Assembly: GCA_002633005.1 (NCBI GenBank)
Contig: NMRA01000175.1
Span: 594,734-658,733, forward strand
Source of the DNA: Phoronis australis
Lineage: Eukaryota > Animalia > Phoronida
Direction of reading: 5' to 3'
DNA: 64,000 bases
How positions within the stretch are numbered: the first letter of the stretch is position 1; each line of letters opens with the position of its first letter. The notes beneath the pieces were generated by a model. That model saw only the letters and a list, made by a program, of their open reading frames with translations, did not search any database and had not been told where the DNA came from. Shown piece after piece: positions 25,601-37,764 of this stretch. The position numbers were made by a program, and so were the translations under genes.

Positions 25601-28600
25601 GTAATAGAAATTTTCGTACTGTAACCAATGCTTTCTCATATGAAATGAGATTTCTTGAAGGTCTCGAAATTTTCCTTTTGCCTGATTCAATTGAAAGTGT
25701 GAGCAATGGATAGACTTTCTAACTGTGGTTTCATTTCTGTACCGAATTTGCCAAAATAACTGTTTAATTAGCTGTAATTAGCTTTCAAAAATCCTATGTA
25801 CCATGGGACAAACAATGTTTCTTCCATGGGGCATTGCATTTGAATGTCCCATGGGACGTTTCTTTAAATGTGCCACGTGACAATACGAATGACACAGCAT
25901 GAAATTACTGTAAAAGTTGAATGTTCTCAATGTAATTCCTTATTCTGTAGATGGCGAAAATTGCCCGAAGTACGATGGATGAGTTGGCTGATAAAAATAA
26001 GTACCTGATCTTACCGAGGATATCTAGTCCATCCCACTTCCATGAACTCTGCCCTGTGCAACCACGTAGGGGTGGGAAAAAGTGAGTGTTGCTGACATAT
26101 TCAGAATGACGTAAATATTTTACTTGAAGTCCCAATGTACATGCTATTACCCCCATCTATGCAAATATTGGGAGGCGGACTGATGCTTTACGTCAGTAGC
26201 CTCTGAATAAAGATTGTCTTATTAGCGAGGTATTCAAGGTAAGACGGTAGTCACCTTAATTTCAATCAGATTTTAATTGCTAATATGTTTAATCTTTTTC
26301 TTGACTATTTTGACATGTGTGTAACTTTTACTTGTAATCACTTTTATTTTGGTCACTGCTTTACCATGACAAAACACCTCGCCCTGTGTTTGCGAATTGT
26401 AAACTATGACACCGGTCTCAGTATGGTGGTCCAGGATTTTATTCAGCTTTTGTTGATTGAGATCCATGGACTGTTCTTAACATTACGGGGTTTTCCCGTT
26501 GCTCCCAACTTGTTCGATTCTATAGCCCAACAACAAGTTGGGAAGTGTACCCCCATAGCCAATATCTTACACGACTGATTAACTCCATTCTTCCATTCAG
26601 GGTTGGAGGACCAGCTTTCTTTTGTTTGATAATTGCTCTAATCTTCAATAAGACCGTATCTAGCCTGACTGGGCTGTGCTGTTAAAAACAAAAGTTAAGT
26701 TATAACATATTTGAACATAAACCATTAGCATTTCTGAAATCCTCATCAAATGGTGATCATGTTTAGTTTTTGAATCGCCAAAATCGCCCAACTGCAACCG
26801 AAGTTAAGATGATCTATTCTTTCCGAATGTACCACTTCACTCTGGGTTTGACGGTGTTCACACGTGGCCTGTATTAAGCCTGGTAAATAATTGGCGTGCC
26901 TGTTGTCATACCAGACAAAAGACTGTTAACCAAGAAGCTAGATGTTATCACACGCTCAGAACCCCCTTCATCTGGTAAAGTCACTGAACGGGAAAACGCT
27001 GTCATGACAGAAAAGAATCACAATCAAGGCTGCATTTTTAATTTGTGTGTTGTTTAAGATGACATCTTTGAAACTAACACCTGTCTGATCTGTCCAGATT
27101 GTGTGTGGTATTAGTGTCGCGGAACACTGTCGAGGACCAACAGTACAGAGCCACCTTCAGGCAGTATGCGGAGACATACAGCTCGACATCCAATAGAGTG
27201 CGCTTTGCTTACATCTACAATGATGTACAGGAAGAGTTTGTTGGAGCTGTGATGAAAGGTCGAAACCCACCAAGCGATCATTTGCAGGTAATTATAATAA
27301 TTTTCAATCTTTGTTTCTCTGCTGTTGAGTGACATAGCTTACCCCGTTTAAAATGTCAGTACTTGAAAGTAGGTGTAATACACTACATGTTGGATGTGAA
27401 ACAGCAGCAATGAGAAATATTTTACATGCTTCTTACATCGTTCAGACCTTGCACTTAATTGGAAAAACCCAGTGAAATTTCTATCTCATAGTAGTTTTAA
27501 TTCGTATTATAGATCGTCATCCTGTTCCAATACGATGAGAACAAAATCAAATACGACGTGCTGGACAATGGCTGGTCCACTGACCTCACCTCGACTGCCC
27601 CTAGTGACCAGCTGACCTCCACACTGGACAAACTGACCAATCAGAAGACAATAGACTTTCCATACAAGATTAAGCTGCCGACCATCATAGACGAACACGC
27701 TAATGTAAGTCCTTGTGCTGTGAAAAGTCTTGCATTTTAATTGCAGCTTCAAACTGTCTTCCTGAAACCACTTTGAGGTTGTGATGTGGTGGTGTAAAGT
27801 TAGAGTACTGGACTGAGAATCTGAAGGTCCCTGGTTCGACCACTGTTTGCGCCAACAAAAAAGAGTGGTCTAATTAATTCATCCATGTTGGTTGTGCCCT
27901 GTTTCAAGTGGCAAATCATTTGATTTCTTGTTGCATGATAGTAGTTTCAAGCAAATCCTATTCACGCGTGTGACAGTTAAACCTGTTTTGTTGGATCTGA
28001 ATAGTTTTAGGTACATGCCATGGGTCTAATAGTTTTAGGTACATGCCATGGGTCTCATGAATTCTATATTCATAAACATGTCAGTTTCCGCTCTCCTCAA
28101 AATAATTGCAAGCTGTTCAGACAGGCCCCTTACACTGATCACCTGGAACCATTTTTATGCTGTATTGATATATAGCTAAAACCGAGTATGGGAGCTAGAG
28201 ACTTGTCTCCAGGGTCTACCAATGTGCCCCAGTGGGGCTCGGAACCCACGACCTTGAGTAAAGAAACCGACACTTATCCCACCGTTCTTATGTTGCAGGG
28301 TATTTTTGTTCGTGTGTGGTTGAAATTGGCTGATTGGTCGGGCGTGATGGTCGACTATTTCTGGCGCTTTGACGCTCTCACCGCGATGACTGCCATATTA
28401 TTTATGGTCATGTCCTGCTTCATTATGTATATCGGGGCCAGTATTGAGAATGAGCAGGTGGATGGGACTAAGGCTGCCAAGGTAGCTGCCAAGAAAAGGT
28501 AAGTGTTATGGAATGCGTATGTGGTACCACTGACGTAGACTCGGAAAGTGTGGCACCACTATTATGGGGTTATCTGGAAGATTCTACACCCTTGGTTTTC

Positions 28601-31600
28601 TTATGACCACTTCTATATGGGAAATTACGTGGTCGCAACTTTTGTAACTGAAACTTTACAAGTTAAACACAATCTACCAAATGTAAAAATATTGAGAAAA
28701 GATCCCTTTTGGAACCAAAGAACTGTTTCTTGATATGGATAGTGTACAGCCGAAAGGGATCTTTGCTCAATATTTTTATCACTTAAATGGAACCCAGTAA
28801 CATACATAGACTCATACCAAACATGTTGTTAATGTGCCAATCTGAATGAATGGTTTGCAGATGTGTGATATTGACCTTTGAGAATTATGTTTGTTGATTT
28901 TATTGTTTGTTCAAGTCTGCATTTATTTATAAGTAAGCCTCTCACATTTTGTTTTATCACCTTTTCGGACTTGCTAGAATTTTGACGTCATCACTTCCTG
29001 GCTCTACGGTTAGTGATCTATGAAAACTATGCATACGTGCCCCAGTATTCAAAGTGCTATTATTGGACAACAAAGTGAGACATAGCTCTTTGCCTGTGTC
29101 TATTTTGATTGTCCTGTAGTTATATACAGTACAAGCCAAAAGTATTCACTAGACAAAATGACCCGTAATTCATCGTCATGACGGGTGGAAGAAATCCAAA
29201 TTCATCACCAGAGTAGTAGTCTCCCCTGTAGTAGTCTCCCCTGTAGTAGTCTCCCCTGATGATCGAGAATGAAGGGTAATAAATGGAAAAGTTAGTGAGG
29301 TGGTTCAGCCATTTTGTAATTGGTCCGGGATTTTGCTGCCCTAATAGATACCAATCAAATTTACTGTTAACCGAATTAGCCATCATCATGGAGAAAAGAT
29401 ATTTTGTCTGATTACTTTTGTCTTGTACTGTAGCTCGCTGTAGCATCCTCATGCTCAGTTGTGTGAATCTTTAACATTTATCTACTGGCTAACAGTGATC
29501 ATTTCATGATGTCTAAAGCTTGAACAATTAGGCACCTTATTGTGTGATCGTGTGATGTTGTTATCCAACATACGACTCATAAAACCATGGCGAAATATAT
29601 TTTAAAGGCAACCAATTGTTAAGGTGAGACTTATTGTCTTCAAAAATTGTTAGTTATTGTGCAGATAACTTCTCGTTCAGCTCGTAATAAAGTCACTGTT
29701 TGCTGTGAGTTCTTCAGAGATAGTGTCCTAGCAGTTTGTGACAATTAATTTCATGGACAGTTATTGATTAATATGATCATGTGCTCATATCCTTTATGCA
29801 AAGCTTTGGTAATGGGGATTTAACAGACTTTGTAGAGAGTTTTAAACTTGTCTTGATTTTTAGGGTCGATGAAAGTTACAGAGCATTGTAGTGTTTCAAA
29901 GGTTCAAGGGATCCTATCATAGTCTGTGTACCTCTAATTAAAGTATTTTCTTCTTTTTGAAATATCTATAGTAAATAACTAATGACTGTCAACCCATAAA
30001 CGTGTATTTTATTTTCTGAAGCTAGGAGTCGAGGCAAATGTGTTCATGTCATTCACAACACTGCCATTCTCGTGGTCACATGACCATGTGTTTTTGGGGA
30101 AAATTTTTTGAAAGTTATATTTATAGGTAAAAAGTCCATTCATCAAACGTTCCATATTAAAACTTTGACAAAAATGGCCGAAACCATGTCTCAGATTTTG
30201 CATAATTAGTAGTGATGTTTTAGTTGCAAAAATAGGTTCAGTACTTAGCATTTGTTTAAGAAAAATCTGAGACACAGTTTTCAAACTAAAACATTGTGGT
30301 GCCAGAAAATTCAAACCCAATTAAAATGTCAATAAAGTTTTTCTTGATATTTTGTGTTCTGAAGTCTGGAGCAATCACTGAAAAACACAATAGTCAGTGT
30401 TTTGCTCTCAATTTTTGTAACAGATTATGACTTACAGACTTAACAGTCACTAATTTACTGACAGGTTTATTTAATTTTTCAAAATAACGCTAAAAGTACA
30501 AAAGAATAATGTGTCCATTGCAGGTAGAGTTCAATATAGGTCATAGGTCAGCAGGTCACATTTGAGTGAATCACAGACAATGTTCTGTTTATTATGGAAT
30601 GAAATTGCGTGAAACTACACAAAATATTTGATGAGAGTTGTGTGACATCATAATTTGGGTAGGATTTGCAGTCTGCAATTTTTTGAGGGTTTTGTGGAAC
30701 CTTTGGCTCATTTTCTAATCCAGATAATCCTGTGCTCAGTCGGCAAACTTCATCTGCAGGTCTTTGACCACTTCAGAACTGAGTGCGACTTAGACCGGGA
30801 CAAAGAATCAAGTCTCGAATGCTGTTGGCTTACATATAGATTTCCTCTTGCATTCTGACGTTTATTTCTTTTCACATTTTGACTTTTATACAACATGTCA
30901 ATGAATAAAAATGTTCAGAATTTGAAATGCTACCGAACTGTAGATGGCTGATTCACTTGTCAAAGTGTGTGACTTAAAAACAATAGAACTAATGCATTGT
31001 GGGAACACTTTGGCTAGAGATTTGATTTGTTTGACACGTTGCACATAAACAAAGAGTGTGTGTTGGTGACAGCCTTTCAAAAAGCGTCATTTTTCACTTT
31101 ATGTATGAAATTAAATTCATTTGAAATCCTCACATATTTTGCTGTATGCACTACCCATATTTTTTAAAAATAGCTTTCTTAACATTCTTTTTTAGCCTCA
31201 ATGGGCAAAACGTATGTTTAGGAGCCCTTCAAGCATCTATAGGGAATTGGTAGTCGTCAACAGACAAATAATGGGCAAAACGTATGTTTAGGAGCCCTTC
31301 AAGCATCTATAGGGAATTGGTAGTCGTCAACAGTCAAATAGATTTTTTTTTCATTTTGTCACAGGATAGATAGGTAGTTAGATATAGATGAATTATTTAT
31401 TTCTCAGTTCAGAAATCAGTAGAAACACTATAATAGGGCTTTACTGGAAAATGATAACTTGAATTAAAAACACAAAAATATTACGATAAAAATAATAGTA
31501 AAGTGATATTACTTATTGCTAATGGATTATTTCAGTCTTTGACAAAGATATGTTTGAATGCCACTTTCAGGTATGATAACCGTCAGGTGGACATACATCC

Positions 31601-33427
31601 TTTCTCTGAGTTGACATACAGTAACCTAGTGAGCAAAGCCCCGTCAGGTCACTACACAATTCTGGTGCTGGTAGAAGAGAGGACACAGGAGAAGATGGTC
31701 CAGGATTTCGCTAGAGTAGTCTTCCCATATTCCAGGTAAGAGATATTTCCATTTGTGTCGTTTGATGATGCTGTAAAGCTTGACAAAAGTGTTGAAATGG
31801 AACTGAGTAATACCATGATCTCAAAATAGCATGAATAAGACAGACTGTGCATCAATGAGTCCCACAAAAAGTGAAAAAAGCTACAGTGTGGTTAAATACT
31901 AAGTTGTCACAACCACAAACCACATGAAAACGAGCAGCAGTCGAGGATGACTAGTGCTGTGGTTGGTTGTCCCAATTTATGTAGAATGTTTTGACCAATA
32001 AATGCTTGTAACTCGAGATCAGCTATTAAACATATTATATATATATCATCAGATAGTGTTTGCAGGTGTCATAATTTGACAGCTGATCGACTGTTGGGGT
32101 TGTTTTTTGTTGTTTTGATAGTTACGAAATTGGTGATTTTAAGCACTTAAAGTACGGTTCAAATTCTCCAGTTTGGGGCAATCTCTAACATTTGGGATAA
32201 CACAATTTGAATCAAAGTTACATTTTCTTAGACGAATTTCTCATACATCGGACATTGTGTTTTGTATAGTCTGAAAATAAACTTGGCAGTTCACAAAATC
32301 ATTGTAAATAGCTTCCATTGCAACAGGTTCATGTGTCCTCATACTGAGCAACATTGAGGGGAATGATCGTTTGTCTAATTCTCGAATTTGGAACGGGCTG
32401 TATAAAATATTTCTTAACTTTGGTATCAGCTGCAATCTTGGGCAAATAATTAATTTTCACCCGTTTTTAATTTGCCCACCTTTCAGGTCGGTGTACCTGC
32501 GTTTCTCTTTCCTTCTACTGGACCAATACTTGCCATGGTACAAGCAGCTCTTGGAGGACACACTGGATAGGAGGCGAGAGCTGGACATCAATAAAGACAA
32601 CTGTGTTGGTAAGCAATCACAAAATAATGTTTTACACTATAGACCAATTTTCTGTTAAGAGATTGTACAATATGGACCGATCCTTATGGCAATATATCAT
32701 TACATGGGCATTATTCTCCTGTATACAAATATGTGTTGATACCTAAGATGATATCACATCATAGGGACATTGCTGTCATGTGATCCATATTTCCTGATAT
32801 GTCCAACAGATCACTTTGCTTTAGTATGTGGCCACTGATCCTTCTTTTTCTTTCTTTGTTTCTTGATTGGCACGTTTTTACCTGCTGTGATGTACTGTCA
32901 CTATCTGCTCACCTTGTTTTCCCAGTCAGAGTTTTATGAATGTCTACTAGCTTTAATTGGTCAGGATATGAATAGTTATATTTGAGGTCTGGGTGTCGTG
33001 AATACGAAGGGACATTCCTTGGTTATCTGGTTAACATCATCTAGGAGTTATCGTACTGCGTGTTAACCAGAGGAAATATTAGTATCAGTGAGTGTAATTA
33101 GAGTTACTATCTATTATTTCAGGTACCGTTCTAGCCATCAATGGACATCGCAAGTACTATTTTCTATATCACCCTATTGTCAGCTTAGACCAGTTGACCA
33201 AACCGGAAAAAAGTGGCGGTGATTTCCTCGGCATGGATGCATCAGACGAGAGTGACACCGAGCAGAATTCGCAGGCAGAGTCTAGTCGTCAAAGTGACAT
33301 TTTCAATGGGCTTTCCAACTGGATGGATAGAGTGTACGAGGGGTCATTAAAGAGGTTAACTGTCCATAAGTGGCCAGACTTGTCAGCCATGTTTCACACT
33401 GATCCAGAAGACAAGAAGAACGAATAA
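19609..33427 (+). CDS. DNAJC16: DnaJ homolog subfamily C member 16 (signal peptide, J domain, thioredoxin-like domain, TM helix); 13 exons
   Basis: Exons: 19609-19775, 22051-22117, 22668-22861, 23704-23837, 24538-24722, 25054-25314, 25951-26081, 27098-27287, 27513-27704, 28299-28498, 31571-31735, 32487-32608, 33123-33427. Phases are consistent. Motifs: [32 protein letters not shown] (CxxC), [24 protein letters not shown]-terminal [13 protein letters not shown] and [14 protein letters not shown]. Confidence 0.92.
20229..20475. other. Assembly gap (run of N) in DNAJC16 intron 1
   Basis: Contiguous Ns. Confidence 0.99.
26481..27006. mobile_element. ~530-bp non-autonomous TIR element, copy 2 (in a DNAJC16 intron)
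   Basis: TIRs CATTACGGGGTTTTCCCGTT / AACGGGAAAACGCTGTCATG, in the same orientation as 17523-18060. Confidence 0.75.
27783..27850 (+). repeat. Degenerate tRNA-like/SINE head
   Basis: TGGTGTAAAGTTAG (A-box-like) ... GGTTCGACC (B-box-like), with no complete cloverleaf. Confidence 0.35.
28098..28285 (-). mobile_element. tRNA-derived SINE, same family as 58535-58755
   Basis: The reverse complement reads TTTACTCAAGGTCGTGGGTTCCGAGCCCCACTGG..AGACCCTGGAG..TCTAGCTC..CTCGGTTTTAGCTA..TTCCAGGTGATCAGTG..TGCAATTATTT, matching the copy at 58.5 kb. Confidence 0.65.
31200..31340. repeat. Near-perfect 70-bp tandem duplication
   Basis: ATGGGCAAAACGTATGTTTAGG...GTCGTCAACAG(A/T)CAAATA occurs twice. Confidence 0.9.
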
Positions 33428-34656
33428 CATGAAGTGAAAGCACTTTACTATTGCATGGCATGTACAATCTGGAAAGGGTTACTTTGTAATGTTGGTGTTT
33501 GTGTATGAAAGTCACAAATTTCAAACACAGAAAAAACCTATAGATACAACTAAGAGTCTTCTTGTTTTCGAATTTGATTACTTTTTTCAGTTTGTCGGTG
33601 TGAATATTTTGTGCTGTTAGATGTGGTATGTTAATTCTTGTCTACATTGGTTAAGAATTATCAATTTTCCTTCTAGTGAAGTAATGTTACCGAGATTAAT
33701 TGCTGACAGATGAAAAATTGAATTTAGCAAGATTAATCTCACTTTTCTCATTCCCTAAGAACAGTGCAATAAGATTTGTTCTTTGACTTAGATCTTAGCG
33801 GTTAGTTTTAGTGATATTGTTGTTTTCAGTTATTTTCCAATCTCAAATATACATTATCATTGTCTCATTAGTAAAGGTAGCGCTAAACTGTGTGAGTAAG
33901 TAGCGTTTATGCACATTAGAAAAGTTAGCAATGAAAAAGCACATCATTCAGACACAAATGACTAACCTCCGGATCTTTTAACCATAAATAAATTTCTGAA
34001 CATGGCTGCCACCAAAATGTTGAAAAACGTGTGATATTAATGCTCTGACATCACGCCACATGTGACACAGGAGACAAGTAAAGTCAATTCATATCTAGTC
34101 TGAAATAACGGCTGGTGAAACAGCGAAAAAAGTGTGTGGCCTTCACATTTTGCTCTAAAAAGTGCCACTTTTCAAAAAGTGGACATATCCAGAGGAGTAG
34201 GTGGCAAAAGTTTCCACTCACACAATGTCGTCTAGTTGGTGTTTGCGGCATAATCCTATTATATTAAATTATTGATTGTGGACATGTGTAGTGTAGTGTA
34301 GTTTCAGTGTTGTGTCTCTTTTTCTTATTCTTCAAGTATTTACTTAAAATCCCAGCTTCATCGCCGTTCATATTATATTTGTCAATAGATCACACACAGT
34401 ACAATATTGATCAACTCTAGTGTGTTTTTGCCATCTGTTGTCAATGTCAGCCAACTCAGTAATGGGAGACCTGAGTTCAGCTTCTGGCATGGTAGAATCT
34501 AGGCAATTTGTCGTGTACATTCTTTGTATGCACGGTTGGAGTCCTGGTGTATCCTCAATTCCATGTAAGCTTTAATACTCTAAAGCCACAAAATGCCCTT
34601 TCCTAGTGATTTTCAGTATCACTTTGATCACTACCATAAACTTGGTCTTGTATTTC

Positions 34657-36190
34657 TTTTTATGCACCCACTGGCAGGTGGTCGCATATTGTTGCCGCTT
34701 TTTCTGTGTGTCCGGTTGTCTGGGTGTCCGCTCTAAAGACTCCTTGTTGGATTTTGATGAATATAGTAGCAAAAGAGTGTAAAGCATCACTAGAAGAACG
34801 GTTCATGCCTCTTTTCAATCTGTCCCGTCACCGAGTAGGCATGGCTTTTTTGGAAGAGGGTTTCGGATGATATCTAACGGATTGACAGATTTAAATGAAA
34901 CTTGGTACAATGGTATGGGATATCAATGGGCCAGCATCATTAAAACTTCAGGTGGATTTGACTGCTTCAGCACTTGCTAGTGGCCATTTTGTTCTTGACA
35001 AGGGGCTTTTCAAGTGTAGTTTTGGGCGGAAGAGCATTATGGATGATATCTAAAGAAACAATTGTTGGATTTCATTGAATCTTAACACAGAGGTATATTA
35101 TGAGATTGCGCTGGCACCATTTGATTTTTGGGCAAATTTGACAACTGCAGCGCTTCCTAGTGGCCATTTTATGTGAGAGCATTTCTGGATGATATGTAGA
35201 GAACCGAGTGAAGGATTTCAATAAAAGTTGATACAGAGGTATATGATATAAATGTGTGAGCACTGTCTATTAAATAATTAGACGGATGGATTTGACCATT
35301 GCAGCACCTCCTAGTGTCCTAGTGGCCATTTTGTTCTCGTCAATGGGGCTTTTTGAGTGTTGTTTGTGGGAAGAGTGTTTCTGGATGATATCACGAGAAC
35401 CGACTGACGGATTTCGATAAAACTTGACACACGGGCATGCGATGTCAATGTGCCAGCACCATTTAACTTTCAGATGAATTCAACCACTGCAGCACCTTCT
35501 AGTGGCTATTTTGGGAGAAGAACATTTCGGGATGATATCTTTTGAACCGATTGATGAATTTTAATGAAACTTGATACATAGATATGTGATGTCATTGTGC
35601 CATGACCAATAAATTTTCGGACCGATTTGACTACTGCAGCATCTTTTAGTGGCAATGTTGTTCTCAAGGGGTTTTCATGTGTTGTGTGGGGTAATAGCAA
35701 TTCTGGATATCTAAAAACACGATTAACTGTTGTTAAGGAAACTTGACACAGACATATGTGATGTTAATTCGCTGGACCCTTCGCTTCTGGGGAGCCATTT
35801 GCCCTCTGCAGTATCGGGACACGGTGCTTTTTCAGTTAGTGTTGTTTGGGGGAAGAGTATTTTTGGATGGTATCTAGAGAACCGATTGACGGATTTCAAT
35901 GAAACTTACAACAGTTGTTTCAGTATATGAGGACCATTTGGCAGCACCATTTTATTCTCGACAAAGGACTTTTCAATTTGAAGTAGTTTAGGGGAAGACA
36001 GCTTCCGGATTATTTCTAGAGAACTGATTTTGAGATTTCAACGAAACTTGACCCAGAGGTATATGATGACGATGTGCCAGCACCATGATTTTTGGGCTGA
36101 TTCGACTACTGCAGCTCTTCCCAGTGGCTCTTAGAAACATAACTTATGCGATGCACCGTGGGTGCATGTCAATGCCCCAGGGATTTCTTG
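34657..36190 (+). mobile_element. HINE of a second family, with a degenerate ~160-190-bp tandem array
   Basis: The 5' end is TTTTT-ATGCACCCAC..GTGGTCGCAT followed by a GTCC/GTCT-like microsatellite remnant. Subunits GATTTCAATGAAACTTGACACAGA..CAGC(A/G)C..CTAGTGGCCATTTT repeat. A perfect 3' subTIR GTGGGTGCAT lies at 36158-36167, followed by a weak hairpin and TTCTTG. Confidence 0.7.
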
Positions 36191-36819
36191 CCTTCAAAAA
36201 AGTTAAGAGATTTCTTGCCTTCAAAAGAGTTTGTGTAATGCTATTGCTCAAGACTGATTGTAGTGGGTTGTCCCGATTAGGTGCATTATATTCAGGCACA
36301 GAAAGCAATATGGCTGATAGCTGGTTGGTGTTCCCTTCCCACACACTAGATGGAGTTGCAATATCCTGGGCTTTTTGTGGTTTTGATGAAATGTAGTTCA
36401 CTACATCATTTGTTGTTATTAACTTATTTGTTATACTGTTTGTTTCTCAGTCCTTTTGTTGATAATAAAAAGAAACATCACTGTATTTTATAGGATTTAT
36501 TCTAAGGCTTCTCCCATTTTGGTTGGAGCTGTACGTATGTTGCATTGTATGATGTTGGTAAGAATCAACAGTTGTCATAACACCTAGTATCATTTTTATA
36601 TTTTTACTCCTAATTAGGATTTGATGCAGTGTATAGTAGGCTCACACACAATCCTGATTTATTTGCTGTGATATCTTGTAACGAGGATGCATTACCCGAG
36701 GACACAAGCAGGTTGACGTTCTTTAGGACGCACGTTTCGCTGCTGTTCGTTTCGGTTTTGTGTTGGTTAAAAGATGATTGAAGGCATTTGTAAAAGTGGG
36801 ATTTATAGTGTCTGTCCTG

Positions 36820-37482
36820 TGGCCCGTTTCATGAAAATTACGACCAAAAACTTGTGTACGTTTAGACCACTGAAAATCTGGCTAAGTTAAGAACAGAAGA
36901 TGAAAATTCAGAAAGACTATTTTAAGGATGTAAAGGTGGTTTTTGGTATTCGGTCTTAACTTAAACAGAAATTAAGTCAGGTTTTGACGTAGGTGAGCAT
37001 ACAAGCTACACTTTCACCACCTGCTGCAAATTCACAAAAACAGGCGGCGTGTGAAATACAGTTGTTTCAAGAATAATCATAGCCTTGGACTGATAATTGA
37101 TTCAGAAGATTTATTTAATATTAAGGATACAAAAGGGATCATGTTTGCATACAAAAACCCTAGTATGACGAAAATATTTCTCGTGCAAGTAAGCCGCCCG
37201 AGTCCACATCACTTTGTCAGTTCTCAAATCGAAAGCAGACGATCTTCAATTTGACATTATTCATCAGTGTGAAAAATATCAACAAAATTTGTTCAACAGT
37301 TTACAGTGGTGATAGTCATAAAGTTTGGTCATTTAGGCTAGAAGTCAGTAGCAGGCCAACTTTTGGTCTTAGTTTAAACAAATTTCGGTCTAAATTTTAG
37401 TCTTAAGAAATTTCTTGTTACGGAGCTAAGACATTTTGATCTAAAGTTGGCCTGATTTCGGTCAAAAAGTTGAATCGGGCCC
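36820..37482. mobile_element. PIF/Harbinger-like MITE
   Basis: Ends TGGCCCGTTTCA / TGAATCGGGCCC, flanked by a 3-bp direct repeat CTG. The termini resemble those of 16150-16317. Confidence 0.55.
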
Positions 37483-37764
37483 CTGGGCTTTTAGTGAAAG
37501 CATGACGTTACCGAGCTTAGTTAGTAACCAACCATCTTAAATATCATTAACAAATAATTGAAACATAAAACTTTATTCACAAACATTTTTACAAAATAAC
37601 TATTTTAACAGAATAAAATAATCAGTAATTATGTAACATTTAGGATAATTTACAAAATTTTATAAATGATCATTTATAGTACACAAAGAAACTTGAGCCA
37701 GAAATTTAGTTACAGTATATTCAACCTTGTGAAGCACTGAACCATCTTGGCTGAAGTCTAGTCT

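Noticed and set aside
29120-29452. ORF with repeated RGDYY
   Set aside because: It arises from a 15-bp tandem repeat (GTAGTAGTCTCCCCT x3) antisense within a DNAJC16 intron.
30655-30858. Possible extra DNAJC16 exon in the 3-kb intron
   Set aside because: The flanking exons already join in phase (28498/31571), and I found no convincing donor or homology.
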